From a virus (Duplodnaviria > Caudoviricetes): a stretch of 63,308 nucleotides of DNA. This document shows positions 29,947 to 39,514 of this stretch, one piece after another (the stretch's first letter is position 1; every line of letters starts with the position of its first letter). Below the pieces are notes generated by a model. It worked only from the letters and a program-made list of their open reading frames with translations, did not search any database and was not told where the DNA came from. Location of the stretch: IMG/VR virus record IMGVR_UViG_3300035664_000014, positions 1-63,308 of that record. The stretch is one strand, 5' to 3'. The position numbers and the translations under genes were made by a program.

Positions 29947-30519
29947 ATGTTCAACGCACAATCAACAAACGTCGGGTCAACAGAGATGGAACTCATTCCC
30001 AAGGGGACAGTGGCGAAAGCCGTCCTTGTGGTGAAGGAGCGCAAGAGCAGTCAGTCCACCGGTGGAGACTACCTCTCCATCGAGCTCGCCATCCAAGGGG
30101 GACAATACAACAACCGGCGTGTGTTCGGGATGGTCTGCAACCCGTTCGATGAGAACAACAGCGAGGTGTGGCGCCAGATGGGAATCGGGGCAATCACTCG
30201 CATTCTTGAGAGCCGTGGCGTCTTTAACTACGAAGACCCATCCTCATACGAGAAGTTCAATGACGGTGATTTCAACTCAATCATTGAGGCGCTCAACGGC
30301 GCTGAGGTCGTCATCAAAGTCGGCATCGACAAGGGCAAGGACGGACGCGCTGACCGCAACTCCATCAGCGACTGGGGTTCACCCAACCCAAGCAGCAACG
30401 GGCACAAGCTCTGGAACCAAGCCAATGAGAGTGCGCCCGAGGCGAAAGCACCGGTGCCAGTAGCGAAGACCGCCGCGCCTGCGGCGACGGCTGGCAAGAA
30501 ACCTGCTTGGTTGAAGTAG
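29947..30519 (+). CDS. DUF669-like ssDNA-binding protein
   Basis: LIPKG, GDYLSIE motifs, Pro/Ala tail ending KPAWLK, after the Sak4-like gene. Confidence 0.7.
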   Translation: MFNAQSTNVGSTEMELIPKGTVAKAVLVVKERKSSQSTGGDYLSIELAIQGGQYNNRRVFGMVCNPFDENNSEVWRQMGIGAITRILESRGVFNYEDPSSYEKFNDGDFNSIIEALNGAEVVIKVGIDKGKDGRADRNSISDWGSPNPSSNGHKLWNQANESAPEAKAPVPVAKTAAPAATAGKKPAWLK

Positions 30520-30535
30520 TACAGTTTGGGGTTGT

Positions 30536-30575
30536 GGGGGGCGGGGCAATAATGATTGTCTCGCCCCCCTTTTTT
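30536..30575 (+). terminator. intrinsic terminator
   Basis: 15-bp GC-rich stem followed by T6. Confidence 0.7.
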
Positions 30576-30672
30576 GAGGTAGAACCAGCGGCATTCTCAA
30601 GCCGCATGGTGTGCAGGGAGATCCTGCAACGACGCTTTTTCATTTTTGCGTCAGTGAAACAAAGGCCACAAC

Positions 30673-32316
30673 ATGATTTTACGACCAAGGCAGGCGCAGT
30701 TCGTTGACGCCTGTATCGACGCACTGGGCAAGTGCGGCAACACATTAGGAATCGCGCCAACTGGCGCAGGTAAGACGGTCATGGGCAGCGCGATTCTTGC
30801 GCCGTTCGTGAAGAAAGCACCGGTGCTCGTCATCCAGCACCGCGACGAGCTTGTCACCCAAAACAAAGAGACCTTCAAGCGGTACAACCCGTCGGCCAAG
30901 GTTGATGTGTTCAACGCTGAACGCAAGGCGTGGTCCAGCGGGGCGACCTTCGGGATGGTGCAGACGCTGTGCCGGCCGCTCAACTTGGCAACGATGCCAA
31001 GCGGGATGTCGGCGCTCTTCTGTGATGAGTGCCACCACATAGCGGCTGACAGTTACATGAGGATTGTGGAGGCGTTCCGCGAGAAGTCTCCGAAAGGAGT
31101 CATCTTGGGGCTCACCGCAACTCCGGAGCGAGGCGATAAGCAGGCGCTCACGGCGGTGTTTAACAACGTGGCCGACAAAATCACCGTGGGCGAGCTTATC
31201 GCAGCGGGGAACTTGGTTCAGCCGCGTGCGTTCCGCATGGACATCGGGCTCAACGACCAGCTCCAGAACGTGCAGAAGACCGGTGCAGAGTTCGACATGG
31301 GCGAAGTCGAGGCCATCATGGACAAGCGTGCGGTTCACTCGGAGATTCTGAGGCACTGGCGCGAGAAGGCGTCAGACCGGTCCACCGTGGTCTTCTGCTC
31401 GACCATCCAACACGCGCAACACTTGGCTGAGGCGTTCCGCGACGACGGTATCTCCGCCGAGGCCGTCCACTCCGAGATGTCGGACGACGACAACGCCACC
31501 ATCCTGCGCCGGTTCGACCAAGGGAAAATCAAGGTGCTCCTCAACGTGATGAAGCTGACGGAGGGTTGGGACTGCCAACGTGTGGGGTGCGTTGTTCTGG
31601 TGCGCCCATGCAGCCAGAAGAGCACCATGATCCAGATGATTGGGCGAGGGCTCAGACCGTGCATCGACGCGAAGCGATACCCTGGGGTCATTAAGAGCGA
31701 TTGCATCGTTCTCGACTTCGGCGCATCGCTGCTCACGCACGGGGACATCGACGCTGGAGATCGGTTGTTCGTGCGCCAGAGCGAGACCGGCGAGGCGCCC
31801 ATGAAGAAGTGCCCCGAGTGCGGTATTCAGGTGCCGGCAGCGGTCGGGAGCTGCCCCGTGTGCGGCTACATCTTCCCCGTGCGGGTCAACGGCGTTGAGA
31901 CCATCGAATCGTTTGAGATGTCGGAGATGCAAATCATCGAGATGTCGCCGTTCCGGTGGGAGTCGATGTACAGCGATGCGGTGCGAATGGCGAACGCGCT
32001 CACTGCGTGGGGCGCGGTCATCAGACTTGGCGAGGTGTACAACGCCATTGGCGGCGTCACTGGAGGCGCGGTCACCATCATCACCCGCACAAACTCGAAG
32101 GAACTTGCGCTTGCTCAGGCTGACGACTTCCTTCGTAGCAACGGTGATAGAACGAACTCCCGCAAGACGCGCAGTTGGATTAAGCTGCCACCAACGGACT
32201 CACAACTGAAGCATATGGCTGATGTTCCGATGTTTGGGATGTCGCGCTACCGCGCAAGCTGCGTGCTCACGTGGAAGTTCAACGAGGCACGCATAAAAAA
32301 AGCGATTCTTGGCTAA
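30673..32316 (+). CDS. SF2 DExH helicase with Zn ribbon
   Basis: PTGAGKT, DECHH, TATP, QMIGRGLR, CPEC...CPVC. Confidence 0.92.
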   Translation: MILRPRQAQFVDACIDALGKCGNTLGIAPTGAGKTVMGSAILAPFVKKAPVLVIQHRDELVTQNKETFKRYNPSAKVDVFNAERKAWSSGATFGMVQTLCRPLNLATMPSGMSALFCDECHHIAADSYMRIVEAFREKSPKGVILGLTATPERGDKQALTAVFNNVADKITVGELIAAGNLVQPRAFRMDIGLNDQLQNVQKTGAEFDMGEVEAIMDKRAVHSEILRHWREKASDRSTVVFCSTIQHAQHLAEAFRDDGISAEAVHSEMSDDDNATILRRFDQGKIKVLLNVMKLTEGWDCQRVGCVVLVRPCSQKSTMIQMIGRGLRPCIDAKRYPGVIKSDCIVLDFGASLLTHGDIDAGDRLFVRQSETGEAPMKKCPECGIQVPAAVGSCPVCGYIFPVRVNGVETIESFEMSEMQIIEMSPFRWESMYSDAVRMANALTAWGAVIRLGEVYNAIGGVTGGAVTIITRTNSKELALAQADDFLRSNGDRTNSRKTRSWIKLPPTDSQLKHMADVPMFGMSRYRASCVLTWKFNEARIKKAILG

Positions 32317-32321
32317 AGAAC

Positions 32322-32600
32322 ATGGAAAACCAACCGAAAGAGACAGTATGTACTCAAAACTGTGGCGCGAAATCATCCAACCCGTCCTCGACCAGCGCCG
32401 TCGAACACCCAGCGCATTACAACAAGCATCCGAGCGGAATCGAATGCATAGACATTGCAGAGGCATTTTCGTTCAACCTTGGAAACGTGATAAAGTACGT
32501 GTTCAGGGCTGGGTTCAAGGACAATGAAGTTCAAGACCTTGAAAAAGCGGCATGGTACCTGAGAAGAGAGATTTCACGCAGAGCAACAACAACAAAATGA
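32322..32600 (+). CDS. DUF3310 protein
   Basis: VEHPAHY...IECID...LGNVIKY...DLEKAAWYL. Confidence 0.85.
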   Translation: MENQPKETVCTQNCGAKSSNPSSTSAVEHPAHYNKHPSGIECIDIAEAFSFNLGNVIKYVFRAGFKDNEVQDLEKAAWYLRREISRRATTTK

Positions 32601-32743
32601 AAAACAGACTAGAACAAGAAGCCACTGAGCTTCTGGCACTGACGGAGACGCTACTTCAGTCGCACCCAAACCGGCGTGCGTTCGAGGCAACATTTAAACG
32701 CATCGAGGCCGAAATCATTCGCCTCAGAAAGGAGACAAAATGA
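32597..32743 (+). CDS. small hypothetical protein
   Basis: ATGA-coupled on both sides. Confidence 0.6.
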   Translation: MKNRLEQEATELLALTETLLQSHPNRRAFEATFKRIEAEIIRLRKETK

Positions 32744-32904
32744 ACCTCCCAAGCTGGTACGATAGCTGGCTCACCAACGACGAGAGCGAGGCAGAGAAGC
32801 AGTGCAACTGCGGTAACGTCATGGAGTGGAGCGTGCGCTCTGAGATGTGGTTTTGCCCAGACTGCGACACGCAAGTGCCAAGAGAAGAGGAGGTGCATCC
32901 GTGA
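32740..32904 (+). CDS. small Zn-ribbon protein
   Basis: CNCG...CPDC, ends EEVHP. Confidence 0.6.
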   Translation: MNLPSWYDSWLTNDESEAEKQCNCGNVMEWSVRSEMWFCPDCDTQVPREEEVHP

Positions 32905-33137
32905 ATGGGTACTACTACAAATCCGGCGAAGATGCGCTCAAAGGGCCGTTTAAGTCGATGCGCGAAGTCAAAAAGGAAATCCTCAAAGAAGCGAAAGAGT
33001 GTTTCGATGAATCGTGCAACTGCCTGAAACGCGAGGAAAACCGAAACTGGTTTGATGTTGTTGAAATCTTTCAGCGTGTCGCAGTATTCCGTCCTACGGT
33101 CACAAGCAAGCTGAAGCTAGAGGAGGTGCAGCCATGA
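32901..33137 (+). CDS. hypothetical cassette gene 1
   Basis: GTG start after GGAGGT; ends EEVQP. Confidence 0.65.
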   Translation: MNGYYYKSGEDALKGPFKSMREVKKEILKEAKECFDESCNCLKREENRNWFDVVEIFQRVAVFRPTVTSKLKLEEVQP

Positions 33138-33469
33138 CCAACCAGCAAATGAATGTGGCGATTGCCGAAGCGTGTGGATGGACTGACATCCATGACAGTG
33201 GGCCTTGGCACAATCACAAGCTGTGGGGCTATCCGCCAGAACTCCCAGGACAAGGCGGCAACGCATATAAGTATATGCCAGACTACTGCAACGACCTCAA
33301 CGCGATGCACGAAGCGGAGGAGGTGCTGACTGACGACCAGCGTGAGGTGTTTTACCCTAGAAACCTTGGTGCTTGGCAAAGCCCATTCAACGTCATTTAC
33401 GCCCCCGCCCGTCAACGGGCAGAGGCGTTTCTGCGCACGGTAGGCAAGTGGGAGGAGGTGCAGCCGTGA
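33134..33469 (+). CDS. cassette gene 2, phage ABA-sandwich-like domain
   Basis: NVAIAEACGW...PDYCNDLNAM...RAEAFL; ends EEVQP. Confidence 0.65.
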   Translation: MTNQQMNVAIAEACGWTDIHDSGPWHNHKLWGYPPELPGQGGNAYKYMPDYCNDLNAMHEAEEVLTDDQREVFYPRNLGAWQSPFNVIYAPARQRAEAFLRTVGKWEEVQP

Positions 33470-33690
33470 GCAGTCACAACATAGAGCAGGTTGTTGGGTG
33501 CATCCCCTCGCTTGTGCAGGCGCAGACAAACGCACAGGTCGTTGTTTTGCTTGTGCGGGACAGTAATGACGAGAACCACATTGTCGCAAAGGGACGGGGA
33601 TGGAAGTCACTGCTCACATCTGCTGCGGCTAAGGTGTTTAATGAAACTGCCGAGGATTCCTCGGTGGTTGGAGAGGAGGTGCAGCCGTGA
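33466..33690 (+). CDS. hypothetical cassette gene 3
   Basis: GTG start after GGAGGT; ends EEVQP. Confidence 0.6.
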   Translation: MSSHNIEQVVGCIPSLVQAQTNAQVVVLLVRDSNDENHIVAKGRGWKSLLTSAAAKVFNETAEDSSVVGEEVQP

Positions 33691-33938
33691 GTGAGTACTG
33701 CACATCCTGCGGTGTTGCGTGGGAGAACCACTTCGGGCTGGCATACACCTGCCGGTCTTTAAGCGAAGCCGCTGAAGAGCGCGACGAGTACAAGGCGCGG
33801 CTGAACACCGCGACTGAAACCATCAAGCGCCTCGAGTCCGAGATCGCCGAATGGCGGCTAGCCAGCGGTGTTGAGGGCCCTCTATTCTTGAAACATGAAA
33901 CTGCTGGCAACCCTGTTCGCAGCCATCGCCATAGCTGA
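33687..33938 (+). CDS. hypothetical protein (CxxC...H...C plus coiled coil)
   Basis: Starts at the last junction repeat. Confidence 0.6.
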   Translation: MSEYCTSCGVAWENHFGLAYTCRSLSEAAEERDEYKARLNTATETIKRLESEIAEWRLASGVEGPLFLKHETAGNPVRSHRHS

Positions 33939-34056
33939 CACCGTGAAACTCTACCAACAGGAGGACAAAGCCTCCGTAACCGCGTATCTGCTGGTGTTGC
34001 TCTTGGCAATCTTCGGCATCTTCTACGCCCTTAAGAACGACGATGAGCATCTTTAA
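33895..34056 (+). CDS. small membrane protein (53 aa)
   Basis: MKLLATLFAAIAIA...YLLVLLLAIFGIFYAL. Confidence 0.55.
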   Translation: MKLLATLFAAIAIADTVKLYQQEDKASVTAYLLVLLLAIFGIFYALKNDDEHL

Positions 34057-34840
34057 GCCAGAGACCAAGAAGGTCATCGGGAATGAGCCAGCACAAGCCG
34101 CTATCGCAGCCGTCATCGACGGCGCGATTTTGGCGCGTCAGGCAAACCAAGAAAAGCGGGACTATCTCGGGGCTTCGCGCTGGGGGGAGGCGTGCGAGCG
34201 CCGGCTCCGGTACGAGTACGAACACGCCCCCGAGGACGAAGGCGCCGGCTTCCCGCCGGAGGTGCTGCGCATCTTCGACATGGGGCACGACGGCGAAGAC
34301 CGCATGGCGAAGTATATCCGCGCTGCGGGTTTCGACCTGCTCACCGAGAAGAGCGACGGCAAACAGTTCGGCTTCCGCGCTGCTGACGGGCGCCTCGGTG
34401 GACACATCGACGGCATCATCGCCGGCGGCCCCACCATCACCGGTGTTGAGTACCCGCTCCTTTGGGAGAACAAGGCGCTCAACGATAAAAGCTGGAACGA
34501 CACCAAGAACAAAGGCGTGAAGGCATCAAAGCCGGTGTACTACGCCCAGATGCAAATCTACTGCGCCTACCTTGACATTCCCGCAGGCGGTATGTTCACG
34601 GCGCTCAACCGCGACACCGGTGAGGTGCTTGTTGAGCTTGTGCCCTTTGATGCGCTCGCAGCCCAAGAAGCCTCGGATCGTGCGGTGCGCGTCATCGACG
34701 CTCAATCGCCTAAGGAACTCCCGCGCCTCGGCAAAGACCGCACCGACTTTCGGTGCAAGTTCTGCTCGTTCAAGAGCACCTGTTGGGAGGATGCTCCCAC
34801 TCAGGCACCCAACACCACAAAGCCGTTCTGGCTGAAGTAA
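34043..34840 (+). CDS. Cas4/RecB-like PD-(D/E)xK exonuclease
   Basis: LGAS..G.ACER, GHIDG, ENK, YAQMQIY, CKFCSFKSTC. Confidence 0.85.
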   Translation: MSIFKPETKKVIGNEPAQAAIAAVIDGAILARQANQEKRDYLGASRWGEACERRLRYEYEHAPEDEGAGFPPEVLRIFDMGHDGEDRMAKYIRAAGFDLLTEKSDGKQFGFRAADGRLGGHIDGIIAGGPTITGVEYPLLWENKALNDKSWNDTKNKGVKASKPVYYAQMQIYCAYLDIPAGGMFTALNRDTGEVLVELVPFDALAAQEASDRAVRVIDAQSPKELPRLGKDRTDFRCKFCSFKSTCWEDAPTQAPNTTKPFWLK

Positions 34841-34863
34841 GACAGACTACTACCCCAAACAAA

Positions 34864-37374
34864 ATGCAGCCATTGACAGACCGTCGTGGCTTGGTTGACC
34901 TACGCCAAGCCCAAGAGCATCTTCGCCTCATATTCGGAGAGCGAGACTGGAAGGAGAACGAGTTTATCTGCGTTCGCGGTATCGGAGAGAAGGGCACCGA
35001 GCAAGAAGGCGTCTTCCGCGAAGACATCTTCGTTGAGCCAGCCAAGGAGGGCTTCGCCCCCGTGTTATCAGCCACCGAGCGGTGGGCGCAGTACAACGTG
35101 GCGACGTTTGTTGTCCCAGGCATCCTGAGCGACCGAAGGGCAACAAGCGCCAACGTGGCGCGGATGCGCTCGCTTGTCGCAGACCTCGATGCGGGGGACA
35201 CCGACGCAAAGATGCGCGAGCTCACCGAGCAACTAGGCGAGCCGTCGCTGGTGGTGTGCTCCGGTGGGACAACCGATGAGGGAACACCGAAGCGGCACGT
35301 CTGGTACGCGCTGGATGATGAGGTTCCCGTGGAGCAGGCCATCCGGATGCGGGACGCTCTTGCAAAGGTATCAGGCGGTGACTCCGCCATGGGCCTCGGG
35401 GTGGACTCAAACCCGTACGGACGCGCTCACCAACCGATCCGGCTCGCCGGTAGCGTCCACGCCAAACAGGGCCGACCGGTGCAGACCGTCATCGAGTGGC
35501 AGTCTGAGAGCGTGTACAACGCGGGAGCTCTGGGGGAGCGGCTGCGCACGTTGCTGCCGGCAGGCGAGGCCATGGCGCCGGAGGCGGGGCTGTTTGGAGT
35601 CGGCAGCGGGAACGTGCTCCGTCAGGAGCCGGCGTTCCAGCGGGACGTGTTCGAGGGTGGCGCCGGCGGGGAGACTCGGTGGGATGCGTTCAACTCGGTG
35701 GCTGGCGCGAATCTGGGGATGGTTCGGCGGGGCGTCATCACGATGGATGAGGCACGCGAGCAAACGCGGGGCTGGATGCTGCAACGGATGCACCCAGCAT
35801 GGACGGACGCACGGTTTGCTTCGGAGTGGCAGGGGCTCGTCAACGCGGACATCCGCCGCAACGGAAAGCCAGAGGCACCGGCTCCAGTATCCCCCGTGCG
35901 CCAGCTCCCGCAGAGTACACCGGCGGAGTCTTGGTTCTCCGCATGGGAAGCGCACCGGTGGATCAAGTACCCCAAGCCCGAGCACACCTACCTTGTTGAG
36001 GCGCTTGTTGTCAAAGGCGAGCCGCATCTGTTCATCGCCGAGGGAGGAGCCGGTAAGACCGGTCTTATCGCGGATTTGGCGCTAAAAGTGGCCGCTTATC
36101 CCGAGTTCGGCGGGGATTTGGACTGGTGTGGGCAGCGAATCACCAACGGTGGTACCGCTGTTCTCTTGCTCTGCGAGGACAGCCAGACCGAGATGCACCG
36201 GCGCATCTTGGAGATTGACCAAGGAGGGCTCATCGCGAAGGCCGGTCGGCGCCTTGTCGTCATACCGCTCTCAGCGGTTGGCGGGGCGTTCCCGCTCGTT
36301 GAGCGCGACCCCAAGAGCGGGGCACCGGTGGCGTCTTCCAAGTGGGAGGCTGTCATCACTGAGCTCAAGCGAGTGCCTGACCTGTGCCTTGTGTGTGTGG
36401 ACACCTTCAACGCGGTATCCCACGGGGACGAGAACAACGCGCTGGCGGTAGCCGAAATGATGCGCGAGGCAGGGCGCGTGTGCGGGGAACTTCGGGCTGC
36501 GCTCATGATAACGCACCACATCCGAAAGCCTGGGGCGGAGCCAATCCGCACGCTCAAGGACATGAAGAACTCGATTCGTGGGAGCAGCGCCATCCCGTCC
36601 TACTTCCGCATCAACTTGGGGTTCTGGCACGCCACCGATTACGAGCGCCGTATGAAGGGCATGGGCCTCGCACCGCGTGTGGACTCCTGCTACCGGTTCG
36701 GTGTTCTGAAGGCCAACATCTCGGGCCTCATGCGTGGCGAGCGTACCCTGCTTCGGGACGCCAACGGACTGCTTCAGGACGTCACCAAGCTGGACGTCTA
36801 CAGCGCGATTAACGTGACCGAGCGTCTTGCGTGGCTCGTCTTGGCAGTGCGTGAGGCAGCAGGGAACCTGCACCCGTACACGCTGGGGAACAAGAACGCG
36901 GCCAACGGGCTCTACAAGCGCCGGTCTGAACTTCCACCGGTGCTGCGTGCAGTCGGAGCGAGCGAGTTCGGGCACCTCATCGAGGAGGGCTTGCAGAAGG
37001 AGCTCATCGTCTCCTGCGCGGTCAAAGGCTCCAAGTCGAAGAGCTACCTTGATGTCCCAGGCGGTGTGCTGGCGGGGGATGAAACCGGTGCCACCATCCA
37101 AGCTGGAGCGTACTCGTCCCTTCCGGACTGGAACGAGTACGTCTTCGACGCGGAGACCGGCACCTGCGTAGGCAAGGCCGGTAGGGCCGCATGGGGGGCT
37201 ACCTTCTCATCCACGGGGGCGCAGGCTTTTGATCAGCCAGATCCACAGGATGAATCGCCGGAGGAGCCTGAGGAGCTACCGGTGTCCCTGCCTTTAATGC
37301 GGTCTCGATTCGCTCAAGGCGAGCGGATTGGTCTGCCGAGAGCCGCTCGACCATCTTCTCCAGATGACGAATAG
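34864..37374 (+). CDS. primase-helicase fusion (RepB-like primase plus RepA/AAA_25 helicase)
   Basis: ADLD, HVWY and IRLAGS primase motifs; EGGAGKT, CED, VDTF, HHIRK and RGSSA helicase motifs. Confidence 0.85.
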   Translation: MQPLTDRRGLVDLRQAQEHLRLIFGERDWKENEFICVRGIGEKGTEQEGVFREDIFVEPAKEGFAPVLSATERWAQYNVATFVVPGILSDRRATSANVARMRSLVADLDAGDTDAKMRELTEQLGEPSLVVCSGGTTDEGTPKRHVWYALDDEVPVEQAIRMRDALAKVSGGDSAMGLGVDSNPYGRAHQPIRLAGSVHAKQGRPVQTVIEWQSESVYNAGALGERLRTLLPAGEAMAPEAGLFGVGSGNVLRQEPAFQRDVFEGGAGGETRWDAFNSVAGANLGMVRRGVITMDEAREQTRGWMLQRMHPAWTDARFASEWQGLVNADIRRNGKPEAPAPVSPVRQLPQSTPAESWFSAWEAHRWIKYPKPEHTYLVEALVVKGEPHLFIAEGGAGKTGLIADLALKVAAYPEFGGDLDWCGQRITNGGTAVLLLCEDSQTEMHRRILEIDQGGLIAKAGRRLVVIPLSAVGGAFPLVERDPKSGAPVASSKWEAVITELKRVPDLCLVCVDTFNAVSHGDENNALAVAEMMREAGRVCGELRAALMITHHIRKPGAEPIRTLKDMKNSIRGSSAIPSYFRINLGFWHATDYERRMKGMGLAPRVDSCYRFGVLKANISGLMRGERTLLRDANGLLQDVTKLDVYSAINVTERLAWLVLAVREAAGNLHPYTLGNKNAANGLYKRRSELPPVLRAVGASEFGHLIEEGLQKELIVSCAVKGSKSKSYLDVPGGVLAGDETGATIQAGAYSSLPDWNEYVFDAETGTCVGKAGRAAWGATFSSTGAQAFDQPDPQDESPEEPEELPVSLPLMRSRFAQGERIGLPRAARPSSPDDE

Positions 37375-37525
37375 TCTCATCGCGGCTCGTAATCGTCTTT
37401 TGAAGGGCTGTGTTCGCCTCGAGCGCAGCCTTCAAATCTGCCTTAATGTGGTCGGCCTCGGTACTGACTTCAGCGGCTTTTGCGCGCTTCTTTGCGCGCC
37501 ATTCACGGTAGTATTCTGCTCTCAT
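37199..37525 (-). CDS. basic coiled-coil protein, antisense overlap with primase 3' end
   Basis: YYREWRAKKR N-terminus, heptad pattern, A/C-rich leader. Confidence 0.6.
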   Translation of the reverse strand: MRAEYYREWRAKKRAKAAEVSTEADHIKADLKAALEANTALQKTITSRDETIRHLEKMVERLSADQSARLERIETALKAGTPVAPQAPPAIHPVDLADQKPAPPWMRR

Positions 37526-37529
37526 TGTA

Positions 37530-38170
37530 AGTTGCTGTTTTTTAGTTGGTTGTTACTGTTGCGCAAAACGCGCAGTTTCATGTTTGCAAAGTTCGCAAAG
37601 TTTGTGAAGCGTTTTTTACAGAGTATTTTGCGCGAGGGGTGCGCACTGTTGCGCGAGAAAATCAAAAGCTCAAAAAACGGCTCAAAAAACAGCCCAAAAA
37701 CGGCCCTTGTAAGTCGTTCATGTTCAACGGGGAACAACTTGCACAACACTAGTGCAAGAAAGTTCGCAAAGTTCGCAAGCATTGTACCATGCCGTTTTAC
37801 AGAGATTTTGCGCCACTTTCGCACGACACTTTGCGCGATTGCACAACAAAAATTTTTTCGCGTTGGAAAAAACAGTGAAAAAGGACGCTACGTAAGTGCC
37901 TGAAAACCGTATGATTTGCGAAAGAAAACCGATGTTTGAGGACATGAGCCCTTATATAGAGAGTAGCGTACTCATCGCTTACGCTCTTCCTACTATCCCC
38001 TCTCTCTTCTCTCAGTCTAACGCGTTGCTTGCCTGAGAGGAGAGGGGATACTGCTTCGCAGGCTGCCTTCCTCTATATTGACCGTTGATGACCTTGTTTT
38101 TTTTCTCGTTGTGTTTGCTGACCGTTTTATCCCGCCGCGCCGCTCGCATTGTATACAATCCCGATAGACT
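37530..38170. other. candidate replication origin / control region
   Basis: Apparently non-coding, with A/T tracts, two copies of AAAGTTCGCAAAGTT and multiple TTGCGC, next to the primase-helicase. Confidence 0.45.
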
Positions 38171-38173
38171 TTT

Positions 38174-38623
38174 ATGACGTTCACTTTCTTCGTTTCCGGA
38201 ACTCCTCGCCCACAGCCAAGACCGCGCTTTGTGCGTGGGAGAGCGGTGTCCACCTTGGATGCTGGCTCGAGCGCGTGGAAGGGGCTGTTGCGCTCGTCTG
38301 CGGGGGTTGTTTTAAGCAAGGCCGGCAAGACGGCTGAGTCGCTTGGGTTGACTGAGGCGATTTCGATGGAGCTGACCTTCCACTTTGCGACCAAGGAGGA
38401 GGCGCGTCACGGTCAGCCGCACACGCACAAACCGGATGCGGACAACCTGGCGAAGCTGGTGATGGACGCGCTGGTGGATGGCGGTATGTGGGTTGGGGAC
38501 GACAGCCGTGTGGCGGATTTGACCGTGCGCAAGCGTTGGTGCAAGGCCGGCAGTGAGGGAGTCGCGGTGAGCATCTATGTCGACGCGCCGGCGGAGGAGA
38601 AGCCACCGGAGTGGCTTTTGTGA
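38174..38623 (+). CDS. rusA: RusA Holliday junction resolvase
   Basis: PRPQPRPR, KPDADNLAKLVMDAL, DDSRV motifs. Confidence 0.9.
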   Translation: MTFTFFVSGTPRPQPRPRFVRGRAVSTLDAGSSAWKGLLRSSAGVVLSKAGKTAESLGLTEAISMELTFHFATKEEARHGQPHTHKPDADNLAKLVMDALVDGGMWVGDDSRVADLTVRKRWCKAGSEGVAVSIYVDAPAEEKPPEWLL

Positions 38624-38679
38624 TTGGTGAAAGATTTTGCTAAAGGGCGGAGGGGAAGTGGCCGAAAGAAGGAGTACCA

Positions 38680-39147
38680 ATGAACAGCGCAATACACGGC
38701 TTCAACGCCGACGAGATACGCTCCATCGTGAGCAAGATGGTCAACACCGGTCGCATCAGCAAACCGCCCGAGAAGCCCAAGCGCGGCAAGTACAGCGGAC
38801 GCACCAAGAGCCAGAACAAGCTGCGCGTCATCGCGTGCGACCAGTGTGGCACGAAGTTCATGAAGCGGTGCGCGGTGCAGATTCGTTGCTCACCGGAGTG
38901 CTCGCGAAAGGCGAACACCGAGTCGGTGAGGCGATGGCACGTTAGGCACGGTCTGAGGGGAGTACCGCATGGGGTCTTGCCGTGCGCTTACTGCGGGCAG
39001 AGCTTCCAGAAGACAACACGCGGCCACCGGTTCTGCTCAGTGGATTGCAGGAGGATTGGCATCAAGATTGAGAAGGCAACGAAACCAACAACAACAACAC
39101 CAACAACCAAACCAACAACAACAACACACCATGGTCACACCAAATAA
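38680..39147 (+). CDS. Zn-finger protein
   Basis: Two CxxCG...CSxxC units. Confidence 0.7.
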   Translation: MNSAIHGFNADEIRSIVSKMVNTGRISKPPEKPKRGKYSGRTKSQNKLRVIACDQCGTKFMKRCAVQIRCSPECSRKANTESVRRWHVRHGLRGVPHGVLPCAYCGQSFQKTTRGHRFCSVDCRRIGIKIEKATKPTTTTPTTKPTTTTHHGHTK

Positions 39148-39514
39148 CGACGAGCAGTACAGCGCACACGGTCCAGCCCACTCCCCAGGCATCCACGACA
39201 CCGGTCTGCCGGTCATGGAGCCCGAGGACATCATCCGCAACTTGATGCGGGCGCTGGAGCGGATGGAGAAGCGCCTCGACCGCGAGATAGCCGCTGCAAG
39301 CGACCTGCGCGGGAAGCTGATGGAGGCGGAGAAGCTGGTGGCGGATGGCACGCACGTTGTCAGCGAGCTTAAGGAGAGGCTTCTGTCGCGGGTTGTGGCG
39401 GATCTGGAGTGGAGGGGCGGGGACAAGGGGCTGCTGCTGGACGCGGACCGGTGGATGCAGGCGTGTGTGCCGACCGTTGTGCGTGTGACCATGGCCGAGG
39501 AGTTCGGGTTATGA
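39131..39514 (+). CDS. hypothetical coiled-coil protein
   Basis: ATG after a CAA-rich leader. Confidence 0.6.
   Translation: MVTPNNDEQYSAHGPAHSPGIHDTGLPVMEPEDIIRNLMRALERMEKRLDREIAAASDLRGKLMEAEKLVADGTHVVSELKERLLSRVVADLEWRGGDKGLLLDADRWMQACVPTVVRVTMAEEFGL

Larger units (their letters stand above)
32887..33690 (+). repeat. four 18-bp junction repeats GAGGAGGTGCAKCCRTGA
   Basis: Copies at 32887, 33120, 33452 and 33673. Confidence 0.9.

Noticed and set aside
32887-33690. CRISPR array, given the nearby Cas4-like gene
   Set aside because: Repeats are 18 bp with 200-315 bp coding spacers. No cas1/cas2 is present, and solo Cas4-like nucleases are common in phage recombination modules.
37328-37945. 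ORFs in the candidate origin region
   Set aside because: Translations mirror the DNA repeats (FAKFAK/FANFAN) and lack protein-like composition.
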